64,000 bases of DNA, taken from contig CAWBZI010000001.1 of assembly GCA_963793265.1 (NCBI GenBank), positions 576,001 through 640,000 on the forward strand, read 5' to 3'. The position numbers and the translations under genes were made by a program. Shown here one piece after another: positions 1-10,604 of this stretch. The number at the start of each line of letters is the position of its first letter. Within the stretch, counting starts at the first letter, position 1. The notes under the pieces are model-generated. The model did no database searches. It saw only the letters and a list, made by a program, of their open reading frames with translations, and was not told the origin of the DNA. The stretch comes from an uncultured cyanobacterium (GTDB lineage: Bacteria; Cyanobacteriota; Cyanobacteriia; Phormidesmidales; Phormidesmidaceae).

Positions 1-65
1 GAGTACTCACTGTCATCGTCGCTGTTTTTGCAATCACGCTTAAGCAACCTGAGCCCGCAGCCTAG
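1..65 (+). CDS. 3' end of an upstream membrane protein (partial)
   Basis: Frame from nt 3 reads VLTVIVAVFAITLKQPEPAA then TAG at 63-65; hydrophobic stretch; cut by the window edge. Confidence 0.45.
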   Translation, partial: VLTVIVAVFAITLKQPEPAA

Positions 66-131
66 CGCTACAAGAGTTGCCTATATTTACACGTCTTAAT
101 AGTATAAATAGACAAACAAGTTTAGGTAAAC

Positions 132-1688
132 GTGACTTACACAAGTATTGATAAGGCCCCTGAAGCGGTGAAAAGCCAGCCGTCAGAGTGGTTTTCTAAT
201 GTGCCAAAGGATTTAGTCGCTGGGGTAGTGGTGGCTTTGGCGTTGATTCCTGAAGCGATCGCATTCTCCATCATTGCCGGAGTCGATCCCCAAGTCGGCC
301 TCTACGCTTCATTCACGATGGCCGTCACGATTGCCTTTTTGGGGGGCAGACCCGGTATGGTGTCGGCAGCGACGGGCGCGATGGCACTGTTAGTCGTCGG
401 GCTAGTCAGAGAATATGGCGTGGAGTATCTGTTTGCAGCCACGCTGGTGACTGGCTTATTGCAGATAATCTGGGGCTCGCTGCGCATTGGGCGCATTATG
501 AAGTACATTCCTCGCGCGGTTTTGGTGGGCTTTGTAAATGCCTTAGCTATCTTGATCTTCATGGCTCAGCTAGAGCAGTTTACGATCGCTAGAGAAGTGG
601 ATTTTGAGGGGCCTAATGGCATTTTGATGTATGTGATGGTGGCCGCAGGACTGGCTATTATTTACCTGTTGCCGCGCGTGATTGGCAGAATTCCTTTTAT
701 CAAGTCGATTCCAACGCCGCTGATTGCGATTGTGGCGCTAACGGCAATAGCGAGGTATTTCAACATGCCTTTGCCAACCGTAGGTGATATGGGCGAGCTT
801 CCCAAAGCCTTTCCTTTCTTTAGACTACCTGCGATTCCGTTTAATTTACAGACCCTTCAAATCGTGCTGCCGGTTGCACTCACGATGTCGGCGGTGGGTC
901 TACTGGAGTCATTCCTGACGGCCTCAGTACTCGACGATATGACCGATACCAACAGCGATAAAAACAAAGAAGCGCGCGGTCAGGGTGCAGCTAACTTGAT
1001 CACCGGGATATTTGGCGGCATGGCGGGCTGCGCAATGATTGGGCAGTCGGTAATCAACATCAAATCAGGCGGACGCCAGCGACTTTCTACGCTGAGTGCG
1101 GGCTGCTTTCTGCTGTTCTTTGTGCTGACGCTAAGCCCCTTGGTCAGCAGAATTCCAATGGCAGCGCTGGTTGCGGTGATGTTCATGGTGGCCTTCAGTA
1201 CGTTTAACTGGGCCTCGCTGGTGAACTTTCGCAAGCTGCCTAAGAGTGAGACGGCGGTGATGCTGGCGACGGTGGTGACAACGGTGATTACGCACAACCT
1301 GGCGCTGGGGGTGCTGGTGGGAATTGCTTTGAGTGCGATCGCCTTCTCGCGTAAAATCGGTAAGCTGATCATGATTCAAAGCGAGCTAAGCGAAGATCGA
1401 AACACGCGCACTTACTACGTGTTTGGGCAGCTATTTTTTGTTTCTGCCAACAACTTCCGCGAAGCGTTTGATATTCACGAGAAAATTGAAAACATTGTGA
1501 TCGATCTAACGCATTCTCATCTATGGGATCAATCAGCAGTCATGGCGATAGATAAGGTCGTACTGAAGTTTCGATCGCACGGCTCAAAAGTCGAGATCGT
1601 TGGAATGAATGAAGCAAGTGCAACGCTAATGGAGCGTTTAGCCATTCATGACAAGCCAGATGCAATAGCGCTAGCCAGCGGCCACTAG
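132..1688 (+). CDS. SulP/SLC26 family inorganic anion transporter with C-terminal STAS domain
   Basis: Signature [53 protein letters not shown]-like C-terminus (FGQLFF...[14 protein letters not shown]). Confidence 0.92.
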   Translation: MTYTSIDKAPEAVKSQPSEWFSNVPKDLVAGVVVALALIPEAIAFSIIAGVDPQVGLYASFTMAVTIAFLGGRPGMVSAATGAMALLVVGLVREYGVEYLFAATLVTGLLQIIWGSLRIGRIMKYIPRAVLVGFVNALAILIFMAQLEQFTIAREVDFEGPNGILMYVMVAAGLAIIYLLPRVIGRIPFIKSIPTPLIAIVALTAIARYFNMPLPTVGDMGELPKAFPFFRLPAIPFNLQTLQIVLPVALTMSAVGLLESFLTASVLDDMTDTNSDKNKEARGQGAANLITGIFGGMAGCAMIGQSVINIKSGGRQRLSTLSAGCFLLFFVLTLSPLVSRIPMAALVAVMFMVAFSTFNWASLVNFRKLPKSETAVMLATVVTTVITHNLALGVLVGIALSAIAFSRKIGKLIMIQSELSEDRNTRTYYVFGQLFFVSANNFREAFDIHEKIENIVIDLTHSHLWDQSAVMAIDKVVLKFRSHGSKVEIVGMNEASATLMERLAIHDKPDAIALASGH

Positions 1689-1732
1689 CGCTTAGCGCGT
1701 AAGCGTCCAAATCGCACTTGACTTTAACGGCT

Positions 1733-1762
1733 CTTAACCCGTCGTTAAAGCTTTCCTAACCC
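1733..1762 (+). promoter_or_regulatory. Cyanobacterial Pho box (SphR/PhoB binding site) upstream of pstS
   Basis: Three 8-mers with 11-bp periodicity, CTTAACCC-gtc-GTTAAAGC-ttt-CCTAACCC, plus TTTAACGG at 1723; fits the PyTTAAPyPy(T/A) consensus and precedes pstS. Confidence 0.8.
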
Positions 1763-1839
1763 GCTGATTTTGCTGTCTTAAACTTGCCCCGATACTTTAC
1801 TCCTTAGCCAAGATTTTGAGCTTAGGAGTTTTCGACACA

Positions 1840-2778
1840 ATGATAATGAACGACAAGAAGTTTTTCACCAGCTTCAAGTTTTTGGGAGCTGCGACGGTGG
1901 CTGCGACGGTGGGGCTCTCTTCTATGGCAATCGCACAGAGCCGCAGCGTCATCTCTATCGATGGCTCTAGCACGGTTTTTCCTATCACCGAAGCGATGGC
2001 TGAAGAATTCATGAGGACAAATTCTAGCGTCAATATCAGCGTCGGTGTTTCGGGTACTGGCGGCGGTTTTCAGAAGTTTTGCGCAGGCGAAACCGCGATT
2101 TCTAATGCGTCTAGACCCATCAAAGACACCGAAATAGAGCTTTGCGCGGCTAACGGTATTGAGTACGAAGTGATTCCGGTCGCCTACGACGCAATCACAA
2201 TCGTTGTGAACCCAGAGAACGATTGGGCAACTGATCTGACCACTGAAGAACTCAAAAAAATTTGGGAGCCTGCTTCTGAAGGCACCGTCACTAGATGGAA
2301 TCAGGTCAATCCGGCTTACCCCAACGAGCCTATCCGGCTGTTTGGCCCTGGTTCTGACTCAGGCACATTCGACTACTTTACAGATGAGATTGTTGGTGAA
2401 GAAGGCGCTAGCCGTGGCGACTATACGGCCAGCGAAGACGATAACGTGCTAGTACTTGGCGTTTCGCGCGACAGAAATGCCCTGGGCTACTTTGGCATGT
2501 CTTACTATCTTGAAAACCAGGACATTCTCAAAGCGCTGGGTGTTTCTAGCCCGGACACTAACAACATCCCAGTTGTGCCTTCGCCTGAAACCATCGAAGA
2601 ATACAAGCCTTTAGCACGTGAAATTTTCATCTACGTGAGCAAAGATACTCTGGCTAGCCGCCCTGAGGTGGCCTCTTTTGTCGAGTACTACATCAACAAC
2701 GCGCCGACTATCGTGCCTGAAGTAGGCTACGTCGCGCTGCCTGGTAGCAGCTACGAAGAATCTCTAAGCAAGCTATAG
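1840..2778 (+). CDS. pstS: Phosphate ABC transporter substrate-binding protein
   Basis: [25 protein letters not shown] and DSGTFDYF motifs; signal peptide; ATG 1840 (or 1846) preferred over TTG 1816. Confidence 0.93.
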   Translation: MIMNDKKFFTSFKFLGAATVAATVGLSSMAIAQSRSVISIDGSSTVFPITEAMAEEFMRTNSSVNISVGVSGTGGGFQKFCAGETAISNASRPIKDTEIELCAANGIEYEVIPVAYDAITIVVNPENDWATDLTTEELKKIWEPASEGTVTRWNQVNPAYPNEPIRLFGPGSDSGTFDYFTDEIVGEEGASRGDYTASEDDNVLVLGVSRDRNALGYFGMSYYLENQDILKALGVSSPDTNNIPVVPSPETIEEYKPLAREIFIYVSKDTLASRPEVASFVEYYINNAPTIVPEVGYVALPGSSYEESLSKL

Positions 2779-2829
2779 CGACGGTTTGAATGTCTGTCGG
2801 GTTCATCTACTAAGTTGATAATTGCCTGG

Positions 2830-2879
2830 GGTGCTTTTTGTGATCACCAAATAGTTGTTTGGCAGTTGCAAAAAGCACC
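2830..2879 (+). terminator. Stem-loop after pstS
   Basis: Inverted repeat GGTGCTTTTTG ... CAAAAAGCACC. Confidence 0.55.
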
Positions 2880-2929
2880 TGAGTTTGTTTGCTGTGCTTA
2901 ACAGAGCTATCTAATTTTATGCTGCGACT

Positions 2930-3811
2930 ATGCTTCCTACTATTAAAAAGAATACATCGGTTCAACAAAAGGAATCAGCGATCGCACCCTCTAGCACTCA
3001 GCCGACCAAACAGCCAGCGGGCAGACGTATCACGCTCAAAAAGGTACTGTATCATCCCCTAACCTGGCTCGCGGTAGGCTTCCACGTTCTATTACTTGTG
3101 GTGCCTTTCGGTGGCGGTGCCAATAGCGACTTAGCCGAAACGCCTGAAGAAGACAGCGAAGCGGCAATCCCTGTCGATCTGCTTAATCTGTCAGATATTG
3201 CCACATCTACGCCACCCCCTCTTGAGCCTCCGGTGGCTGCTCCGCCGCCAGCAGTCGCACCGCCGCCACCTGTGCCCAGTAGTAGTAGTCAATCACCCAC
3301 TCAAGCGGCTGTCCCTGATTCAGTGCCCGCTCCGGCAAATGAGGTTCCGGCAAATAAGGTTCTTGAGCCCACAACGGCTTCAGTAGAAACAGCGACACCA
3401 GATCCGGTCGCCACTCCTAAAGAAACGCCGCCTGCCTACAATCCCGCTCAGGATCAATCTATTTTTATCGCTAACTTGGAAGCGGTCGGCTTAAATGACT
3501 ACACCGATCAAGGACTGCCACCGTCTAGCTTTTTTCGCAGCCCTGAGAACGCAGGTTATTTTTTAAATGGGGATACGCCTGCACCGGGGGCAGCCAGTGC
3601 CCGGTGGGTGGATAAGAGCCCGGCTGATGTGCTCGCTCAGCTCCAAACCAGCTATGCACCGACTGGAATTGCCTTTACGAAGCTAGATGACTATGCAGGA
3701 GAGCTGCTCTACCAGCTCACAACCCCAATAGGCGAAACCTTTATGCACATCAGTCTAGTGCGGCTGAAAGGCTCAACTTTGTTAGTAATCTGGCAAGATC
3801 GGCCCGCGTAA
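2930..3811 (+). CDS. Membrane-anchored proline-rich protein with TonB-like N-terminal anchor
   Basis: Single TM segment HPLTWLAVGFHVLLLVVP, Pro-rich linker, globular C-terminus of unknown family. Confidence 0.6.
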   Translation: MLPTIKKNTSVQQKESAIAPSSTQPTKQPAGRRITLKKVLYHPLTWLAVGFHVLLLVVPFGGGANSDLAETPEEDSEAAIPVDLLNLSDIATSTPPPLEPPVAAPPPAVAPPPPVPSSSSQSPTQAAVPDSVPAPANEVPANKVLEPTTASVETATPDPVATPKETPPAYNPAQDQSIFIANLEAVGLNDYTDQGLPPSSFFRSPENAGYFLNGDTPAPGAASARWVDKSPADVLAQLQTSYAPTGIAFTKLDDYAGELLYQLTTPIGETFMHISLVRLKGSTLLVIWQDRPA

Positions 3812-3930
3812 CTGGCTGAATGCTCGCTATCGTGTAGTAAATCTGTGTAGCGATTTGTAGCGAAGTTCTGCGGAGGTCTTAATTTTTATTTTTCAAGTTT
3901 CTGATCTGTGTTTTAACTAGCCCCTGCTTT

Positions 3931-4962
3931 ATGAAGGTTGTTCAGTTTATTCATCCGCTTTTTCTAGTTGCTTTGGGCCTGCACGTATCTATTTTGTTCG
4001 TGCCAGTAGGCGATGATTCTGACTCGGCACTCATTGAAGAAGACGTACCGCTAGCGACGCTGACAGATTCTCCTACAGACGACTCGCAGACAGTTGCATC
4101 GGACAGGTTGCCTGTACCCGGTCCTAATGTTTTGAAGCCGACAGCAGCGGTTCCTAGCTCTACTGCTAAATCTACGGTGTCTGCTAAGGCTCCGCCAACG
4201 GCTGTAGCCATACGTCCTGCGCCTGCGCCTGCGGTGGCTGTGCGGTCGGCGGGCGCTACTACACCTACTATCGATCAGCCCCCTGTAGTACCAAATACCC
4301 CGGTAACCGTCCCACAGCAGCGTTCTAATTTGCCGGATCTAACAGCAGGTGACGGAGATGAGAATACTGGCGAGTCTTCGGTTGCAGCCAACAGCGAATC
4401 CGAGCTGACATCTAACGATGACGCGAGTACCGCTGCCGCAGACTCTCCTGAACTCAGTCAGCTAATAGCCTCAGCGCAAACAGAGGTGCCTGTATCGTTA
4501 GCGGCCTCTTTAGAAGATTTAGCTAAGGGGCTGGTGTATGAGCCTGAAGGAACAGGGGATGCAATCGCTCAACAAAAGCTTGATGTGTGGCAAGCGAAGC
4601 TTAGCGCACAGGCCAGTGCAGGTCGGATTGAAACTATCGAACCAATACTGAATTTTGATGTGGTGCTGGAGTATCCAGTTGAATCGGCTGAGGTATTGGA
4701 GGGGCGATCGCTCTCAGTATGCCTGGACGAGATACCGTACAGCGCTGAAATTGGTTTGGCCTTCGACGGGCAGGGCGAGCTGATGGGCGAGCCTGAGCTA
4801 ATTCGCAGTACGGGCTATGACATTTTGAACGAAGAGGCGATCGCGCTAGTCCTACTCCCTGAAAACTTACCCGAAAACCCAGCGTCCAAAGTCTACCTAT
4901 ATGACGTGACCGTAGACTATAACGACGAGCGTTGCGTGAGCTTAGAGGAGCTAAAGGACTAG
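3931..4962 (+). CDS. TonB-like energy transducer (TM anchor, Pro/Ala linker, TonB_C-like domain)
   Basis: HPLFLVALGLHVSILFVP anchor; C-terminal LAFDGQGELMGEPELIRSTGYDILNEEAIALV resembles TonB C-terminal domains. Confidence 0.6.
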   Translation: MKVVQFIHPLFLVALGLHVSILFVPVGDDSDSALIEEDVPLATLTDSPTDDSQTVASDRLPVPGPNVLKPTAAVPSSTAKSTVSAKAPPTAVAIRPAPAPAVAVRSAGATTPTIDQPPVVPNTPVTVPQQRSNLPDLTAGDGDENTGESSVAANSESELTSNDDASTAAADSPELSQLIASAQTEVPVSLAASLEDLAKGLVYEPEGTGDAIAQQKLDVWQAKLSAQASAGRIETIEPILNFDVVLEYPVESAEVLEGRSLSVCLDEIPYSAEIGLAFDGQGELMGEPELIRSTGYDILNEEAIALVLLPENLPENPASKVYLYDVTVDYNDERCVSLEELKD

Positions 4963-4971
4963 ACCCTCTAC

Positions 4972-5801
4972 CTAAACTTTAGTGCGGTCGGTAAGAATTT
5001 CGTAGCCTGATTCAGTGACCAGAACGGTGTGCTCCCATTGGGCTGAGAGGGATCGTCTAGGGTGACGACTGTCCAGCGATCGCTCAACGTGCGCGTATGC
5101 CTTTTCCCCTCATTCAAAATCGGCTCAATCGCCAGCGTCATCCCCGGCTCAAGCGTCACATTCGGCGCTTCCTTAGTGCGAAAGTTAAACACCGCTGGCT
5201 CCTCATGCAAATTGCGCCCAACGCCGTGCCCTGTGAACTCCTGCACCACTGAGAACTTATTAGCCTTCACCGAATCCTCAATCGCCCCGGCAATATCCAT
5301 CAGCGTATTACCCGGCTTCACCTGCCCAATCCCCGCGAACAGCGCCGCCTCAGCCGCATCGATTAACCGTTGAGCCTTGGGCTTTACCTTCCCTACAGCG
5401 ATGCTAATACACGAGTCGCCGTGAAAGCCCTCGTAGTAAGCGCCCGTGTCAATCTTCACCACATCCCCGTTCTGAATCGTCTTACGCTTACGCGGAATGC
5501 CGTGCACCACCTCATTATTAACGCTCGCACAAATTGAGGCCGGAAAGCCGTGATAGCCCTTAAAGCTCGGCGTCGCCCCCATTTCCCTAATCCGCTTTTC
5601 AGCGTGAGCGTCCAAATCAGCCGTGGTCATCCCCGCAGCGGTGATTTCGCTAATTTCTTTGAGCACCGTCGCCACAATTTTAGAAGCCGCGCGCATCGTC
5701 TCAATTTCGGAGTCCGACTTTAGCTCAATGCGGCGACCCGCTTTTACTCTCAGAGCAGGCGGAAAAGAGATTTTAGGAAGCAAATTAGTAATGAAATTCA
5801 T
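4972..5801 (-). pseudogene. map: Type I methionine aminopeptidase with an apparent 1-bp frameshift near the C-terminus (real lesion or sequencing error)
   Basis: MetAP motifs [31 protein letters not shown] are present; the conserved [21 protein letters not shown] lies in another frame after about 5053 and ends at TAG 4974-4972. Confidence 0.85.
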
Positions 5802-5933
5802 GACTTACAAAGCGGGTGTGCTCTACATCGTAGCGGGAAGTGACAGGCAGCGACAGCTAAAAGTTCGATAAAACATTTCCATTCCTTCCTTTTTGCTATA
5901 ACCTTAAAGACTGTGCGCTTTTTGAAGGCTGTA

Positions 5934-6296
5934 ATGAACGCTGAAGCAATTATCCGCTCTATTGAAGCGGAACATATTAAAGACGATCTTCCTAAGATCT
6001 ACGTTGGGGATACGATTCGCGTCGGTGTGCGAATTGTCGAGGGCGGCAAAGAGCGCGTCCAACCCTATGAAGGAACTGTCATTGCCATGCGCAATGGTGG
6101 CATTAATGAGACAATTACAGTGCGCCGCGTGTTTCAAGGTGTCGGTGTAGAGCGAGTATTTTTACTCCATGCGCCGCGCGTTGCCAGCATTAAAGTGGTG
6201 CGTCGGGGTAAAGCGCGTCGGGCTAAGCTGTATTATCTGCGCGATCGCGTCGGTAAGGCAACTCGCCTCAAGCAACGCTTTGACCGCTCTCTGTAG
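5934..6296 (+). CDS. rplS: 50S ribosomal protein L19
   Basis: [23 protein letters not shown]...[14 protein letters not shown]. Confidence 0.97.
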   Translation: MNAEAIIRSIEAEHIKDDLPKIYVGDTIRVGVRIVEGGKERVQPYEGTVIAMRNGGINETITVRRVFQGVGVERVFLLHAPRVASIKVVRRGKARRAKLYYLRDRVGKATRLKQRFDRSL

Positions 6297-6434
6297 GCTT
6301 TCTGACCACTTGACTAAGAGAGGCATTTGCAACATTTATTTAATGTGAGAATAGTTAGCTCAGGTTAAATAAATGTGCGAGCCTCACTTGTAGAGTGTAA
6401 GCATCCGCGATAGGATCTAGAAAATTCGAGCTAT

Positions 6435-6507
6435 GCGTCCTTAGTTCAGTTGGTAGAACGTCGGTCTCCAAAACCGAATGTCGGGGGTTCGAGTCCCTCA
6501 GGGCGTG
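6435..6507 (+). tRNA. trnW: tRNA-Trp (CCA)
   Basis: Acceptor stem GCGTCCT/AGGGCGT, D-arm AGTTCAGTTGGTAGAAC, anticodon arm TCGGT-CTCCAAA-ACCGA, T-loop GGTTCGAGTCC; usual position before secE; no encoded 3' CCA. Confidence 0.96.
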
Positions 6508-6662
6508 CTTTAGATGTCAAACTCTGCCCAGGAGTAGCCCCACCGCTCACGCGAAGGCATAGCTCTTGGGCAGGTTTGCTGTCTGGATAGATGTTGAATT
6601 GTTCGACAATTTACTAGAATTGAATTTCGATATTGTTTTGAGTGGGCGAGGAGCCGGAACCT

Positions 6663-6950
6663 GTGGCCAAAAAAGACGCTAAGCGAGCACCTAAAGAAGA
6701 CATTTCTCAGCCAGTGAAAGAATCGGCCAAGCAGCCAGCCAAAGGGCAAGCTGCCGTCGAAACTTCAGATGGCTTTAGCGCTGGCGAATTTGCTCAGGGA
6801 ACGCGCGAAGAGCTAACCAAGGTCATTTGGCCCACTCGCCAGCAGCTCATCAGCGAATCTGCGGCAGTAATTTTGATGGTGGGGCTATCGGCAACCGTTA
6901 TTTATTTAGTAGATAAGCTATTTGGCTGGGCGTCTAGGCAGGTTTTTTAA
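6663..6950 (+). CDS. secE: Preprotein translocase subunit SecE
   Basis: EELTKVIWPTRQQL motif plus one TM helix; lies between tRNA-Trp and nusG; GTG start at 6663. Confidence 0.93.
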   Translation: MAKKDAKRAPKEDISQPVKESAKQPAKGQAAVETSDGFSAGEFAQGTREELTKVIWPTRQQLISESAAVILMVGLSATVIYLVDKLFGWASRQVF

Positions 6951-6953
6951 GTC

Positions 6954-7625
6954 ATGGTTCAAGCATTAGACAATTCTGATTACGACGAGTCTTTAGCCTC
7001 CCAAGAAGATCCGATTTCTGAAGAGGAACGGGCGGAAGCAGAGAAAGTTAAAGTCCGAAAAGAGCGACCCCGTTGGTATGCGGTGCAGGTGGCTTCGGGC
7101 TGCGAAAAAAAGGTGAAGCTGACGCTAGAGCAGCGTGTAAAAACGTTTGACTTAGCCAGCGTCATCTTAGACGTAGAGATTCCGCAGACCCCTGCGGTGA
7201 AAATGCGCAAAGACGGCTCGCGTCACAACATTGAAGAAAAGGTGTTTCCAGGGTACGTGCTCATTCGTATGGCCCTAGACGACGACGCCTGGCAGGTTGT
7301 GAAGAACACCCCTCACGTGATTAACTTTGTGGGGGCCGAGCAGCGTCGGGCTCAGGGCAGAGGTCGCGGACACGTGAAGCCGATGCCGCTGAGTGCAGGC
7401 GAGGTAAAGCGCATCTTTAAGCAGACCCAAGAGCAGGCTCCCGTGGTCAAAATTGACATGGCGGCTGGCGACAAAATCGCCGTGCTTTCTGGGCCGTTTA
7501 AAGACTTTGAAGGTGAAGTGATTGAAGTGAGCCCAGAGCGCAGCAAGCTTAAGGCACTGCTCTCTATCTTTGGTCGCGATACCCCCGTCGAGCTTGAGTT
7601 TAATCAAGTGAAAAAAGAAGGGTGA
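6954..7625 (+). CDS. nusG: Transcription termination/antitermination factor NusG
   Basis: RWYAVQVASGCEKKVK, FPGYVL, KOW motif GPFKDFEG, IFGRDTPVELEF. Confidence 0.97.
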   Translation: MVQALDNSDYDESLASQEDPISEEERAEAEKVKVRKERPRWYAVQVASGCEKKVKLTLEQRVKTFDLASVILDVEIPQTPAVKMRKDGSRHNIEEKVFPGYVLIRMALDDDAWQVVKNTPHVINFVGAEQRRAQGRGRGHVKPMPLSAGEVKRIFKQTQEQAPVVKIDMAAGDKIAVLSGPFKDFEGEVIEVSPERSKLKALLSIFGRDTPVELEFNQVKKEG

Positions 7626-7661
7626 TAAGCCCGGTTTTATTCAGTTAGTAAGAGATAATCA

Positions 7662-8084
7662 ATGGCAAAGAAGGTAGTTGCGCTCATTAAGCTAGCGATT
7701 CCCGCTGGCAAGGCGAACCCTGCGCCACCGATTGGCCCCGCTTTGGGTCAGCACGGTGTCAACATTATGGCGTTCTGTAAAGATTACAACGCCAGAACCG
7801 CTGAAAAAGCAGGTTTGATTGTTCCGGTTGAGATTTCTGTTTTTGAAGACAGAAGCTTTACCTTTATTCTCAAAACGCCGCCCGCATCCGTTTTGATCAA
7901 AAAGGCTGCGAAAATTGAAAAGGGATCTGGCAATCCCAAACTTGAGAAGGTGGGTTCGATTAGTCGCGCTCAGCTCAAAGAAATTGCCGAGACAAAAATG
8001 CCTGACCTTAATGCCAACGACATTGAGATGGCGATGAATATTATTGAAGGCACCGCTCGTAATATGGGCGTTGAAGTCAAGTAG
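7662..8084 (+). CDS. rplK: 50S ribosomal protein L11
   Basis: [22 protein letters not shown]. Confidence 0.98.
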   Translation: MAKKVVALIKLAIPAGKANPAPPIGPALGQHGVNIMAFCKDYNARTAEKAGLIVPVEISVFEDRSFTFILKTPPASVLIKKAAKIEKGSGNPKLEKVGSISRAQLKEIAETKMPDLNANDIEMAMNIIEGTARNMGVEVK

Positions 8085-8106
8085 AACCCGGACTAGAAAA
8101 CATTAC

Positions 8107-8136
8107 GGGGAAGGAGCGCCAGCTTCGTTAGACCCC
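8107..8136 (+). promoter_or_regulatory. Putative L1-binding autoregulatory hairpin before rplA
   Basis: Outer stem GGGG/CCCC and inner stem GGAGC/GCTTC with an asymmetric internal loop (GTTAGA), directly before the AGGAG RBS of rplA. Confidence 0.5.
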
Positions 8137-8146
8137 AGGAGAACAC

Positions 8147-8884
8147 ATGGCTACTAAACTATCTAAGCGGATGAAGACGCTCGCTGAGAAGGTCGATAGC
8201 GATAAGGACTATCAGCCTCAAGAAGCGATCGCGCTCCTCAAAGAAACCGCATCAGCAAAATTCAACGAAACCGCTGAAGCGCACATCCGCCTCGGCATCG
8301 ATCCTAAGTACACCGACCAGCAAATTAGAACCACAGTGGCCTTGCCTAAAGGCACCGGGCAAACCGTAAAAGTCGCAGTGATTGCTCGCGGTGAGAAAGT
8401 AAACGAGGCTACTGAAGCTGGGGCTGCGCTCGCGGGCTCTGAAGAGCTGATTGATGAAATCAGCAAGGGCATGATGGACTTTGACGTGCTGGTGGCAACC
8501 CCCGACATGATGCCTAAAGTGGCGCGATTGGGCCGGGTGCTCGGCCCCCGTGGTTTGATGCCTTCGCCCAAGGGTGGCACGGTTACTTTTGACGTGGCAC
8601 AGGCCATTGAGGAATTTAAAGCAGGTAAGCTTGAATTTCGTGCCGATCGAACGGGCATCGTTCATGTTAAATTTGGTAAGGCAGATTTTTCACCCGAAGA
8701 TTTGTTGGAGAATTTGAAGGCGCTGCAAGAGACGATTGACCGCAACCGTCCTTCAGGTGCCAAGGGCCGATTCTGGCGCTCCGTTTCACTTTCAATGACG
8801 CAAGGGCCTTCTATTTCGGTAGATGTTCAGGCTTTGCGAGATTTGAAACTGAACGAACTGCTTGAAGCTCAGGCTGCTGGATAA
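8147..8884 (+). CDS. rplA: 50S ribosomal protein L1
   Basis: [38 protein letters not shown]. Confidence 0.98.
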   Translation: MATKLSKRMKTLAEKVDSDKDYQPQEAIALLKETASAKFNETAEAHIRLGIDPKYTDQQIRTTVALPKGTGQTVKVAVIARGEKVNEATEAGAALAGSEELIDEISKGMMDFDVLVATPDMMPKVARLGRVLGPRGLMPSPKGGTVTFDVAQAIEEFKAGKLEFRADRTGIVHVKFGKADFSPEDLLENLKALQETIDRNRPSGAKGRFWRSVSLSMTQGPSISVDVQALRDLKLNELLEAQAAG

Positions 8885-8980
8885 GCTAGTAAATAGCTTA
8901 TCGTCAGCTAGCAAAATCATTGTTTTAATGTCTTAGACCTAACAACTGTATGGTTCAACCTCAAAATTGAATATTGCACA

Positions 8981-9139
8981 CCAGAGACAGTGGGTGCGGC
9001 TAGTGGGATTCTCCCTGCTGCTGCTTAAATTACCCACCGAGGTTGCGTTAGAAGGTTTTCATACCGCTTTCAATTTAGAGAGTCATGAATAGATCTTTGA
9101 GACGTTTGCCCCGCTCTGGTTGTCAGGTCGGGGCTTTTT
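8981..9139 (+). ncRNA. L10 leader cis-regulatory RNA with attenuator-like hairpin
   Basis: CCAGAGACAGTGGGTG...TTAAATTACCCACCGAGGT core, then a GCCCCG...CGGGGC-TTTTT hairpin (9108-9139) upstream of rplJ. Confidence 0.8.
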
Positions 9140-9248
9140 AATGAGACGCTTTTCAACAAAACTAAGCGCTTGCTCTTGAAAGACATGTGACACTCACAGG
9201 GTCTTTTTGCAGAGCATAAAAATCTAAACAAAAAGGAGGTGAAATGAA

Positions 9249-9776
9249 ATGGGAAGAACGCTAGCTAACAAGAAAGAGATTGTAACTGAGCTACAAACGC
9301 TTTTGGACGAGTCGCAGTCAGCTTTTGTGATTGATTATGCGGGACTCACCGTGGCTCAAATTGGCGACCTACGCGGACGCTTGAGAGAGTCTGGTGCGGT
9401 TTGCAAAATCTCCAAGAACACATTGCTCAAACGGGCAATTGATGGGCAAGAGCAGTGGCAAGAGCTGGAATCTTTGCTAACTGGAACGTCTGCGGTATTG
9501 CTAACCCAAGAAGACATTGGGTCTGCGGTTAAGGCGTACAAGAAGTTTCAGAAAGATACTAAGAAAACTGAGCTTCGCGGTGCGGTACTGGAAGGCAAGC
9601 TGCTGGGCCAGAAAGATGCTGAAGCACTCGCTGATCTGCCAACCAAAGACGAGCTGTACGCAAAAATTGCGATTGGCATCAATGCGGTGGCAACCAAAAT
9701 TGCTTTGGGCGTCAAAGAAGTTCCGGCTTCTATCGGCCGTGGTATCAAGGCTTATGCCGAGAAAGAAGAGTCATAG
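9249..9776 (+). CDS. rplJ: 50S ribosomal protein L10
   Basis: DYAGLTVAQIGDLR, KNTLL, LADLPTKDEL; RBS AAGGAGGT. Confidence 0.97.
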   Translation: MGRTLANKKEIVTELQTLLDESQSAFVIDYAGLTVAQIGDLRGRLRESGAVCKISKNTLLKRAIDGQEQWQELESLLTGTSAVLLTQEDIGSAVKAYKKFQKDTKKTELRGAVLEGKLLGQKDAEALADLPTKDELYAKIAIGINAVATKIALGVKEVPASIGRGIKAYAEKEES

Positions 9777-9834
9777 CTTCGGCTTTGCTTAACTCATAAC
9801 GACACAATTCAACAAACTACAAGGAGAGACACCA

Positions 9835-10221
9835 ATGTCTACTGCAACTGACGAAATTCTGGAAAAACTGAAAACGCTATCTTTGCTAGAAGCTTCTGAG
9901 CTAGTAACTCAGATTGAAGAGGCTTTTGGCGTAAGTGCGGCTGCGCCCGTAGGCGGCATGATGATGGCTGGCGGTGGCGGTGGCGCTGCTGAAGAAGTTG
10001 AAGAGAAAACTGAGTTCGACGTCGTGTTGGATGAAGTGCCTGGCGATAAGAAGATTGCCATTCTTAAGGTTGTGCGTACAATGACTGGCCTGGGCTTGAA
10101 AGAAGCAAAGGGTATGGTTGAGTCTGCACCAATTACCGTTAAGGAAGCTGTGGCTAAAGACGCGGCTGAAGAGGCTAAGAAGTCTCTTGAAGATGCGGGC
10201 GCTAAAGTTACCGTCAAGTAG
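9835..10221 (+). CDS. rplL: 50S ribosomal protein L7/L12
   Basis: [18 protein letters not shown]. Confidence 0.98.
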   Translation: MSTATDEILEKLKTLSLLEASELVTQIEEAFGVSAAAPVGGMMMAGGGGGAAEEVEEKTEFDVVLDEVPGDKKIAILKVVRTMTGLGLKEAKGMVESAPITVKEAVAKDAAEEAKKSLEDAGAKVTVK

Positions 10222-10271
10222 GTTTTTAGCTTACTGATTGTTTGTAATAACGCAGTCTGATTGACAGATTG

Positions 10272-10310
10272 AAAAGAGAGGGGAGCTAGCGGTTGTTAGC
10301 TCCTCTTTTC
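10272..10310 (+). terminator. Rho-independent terminator of rplJL
   Basis: AGAGGGGAGCTAGC-loop-GTTAGCTCCTCTTTTC. Confidence 0.75.
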
Positions 10311-10351
10311 AAACTTGTCAGCGAGAGAATTGTCATGTTCGAGATACTCTT

Positions 10352-10564
10352 ATAAGTAGATACGTGCAATTAAATTAAGGATAAGATAACTATCACTGCA
10401 TTGCCCCCCAGCCCCCACGATAGGGGAGCACAGGTTATCCAGAAGTAATTGACCGCCTATTACAGCAGGGGTTAAGCGCATCTTGTCTCAGAGCCCCAAG
10501 GTGGGGACGGGGGCCATGCAGTCAGTCCTTTTCATCTTCAGTTTAATTAAACAGATTCACCTAT
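10352..10564. mobile_element. Degenerate MITE-like / repetitive extragenic element with long imperfect terminal inverted repeats
   Basis: Left arm ATAAGTAGATACGTGCAATTAAA...ACTGCATTGCCCCCCAGCCCCCAC versus reverse complement of right arm ATAGGTGAATCTGTTTAATTAAA...ACTGCATGGCCCCCGTCCCCAC; no ORF. Confidence 0.5.
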
Positions 10565-10604
10565 CACTAACTCTGAACCGTATGTAGGCATTAGAGAAGT
10601 TTTA

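Noticed and set aside
6435..6660. tRNA-Trp as an integration site for an island or prophage
   Set aside because: No integrase and no duplicated tRNA 3' end seen; the rplS-trnW-secE order is intact.
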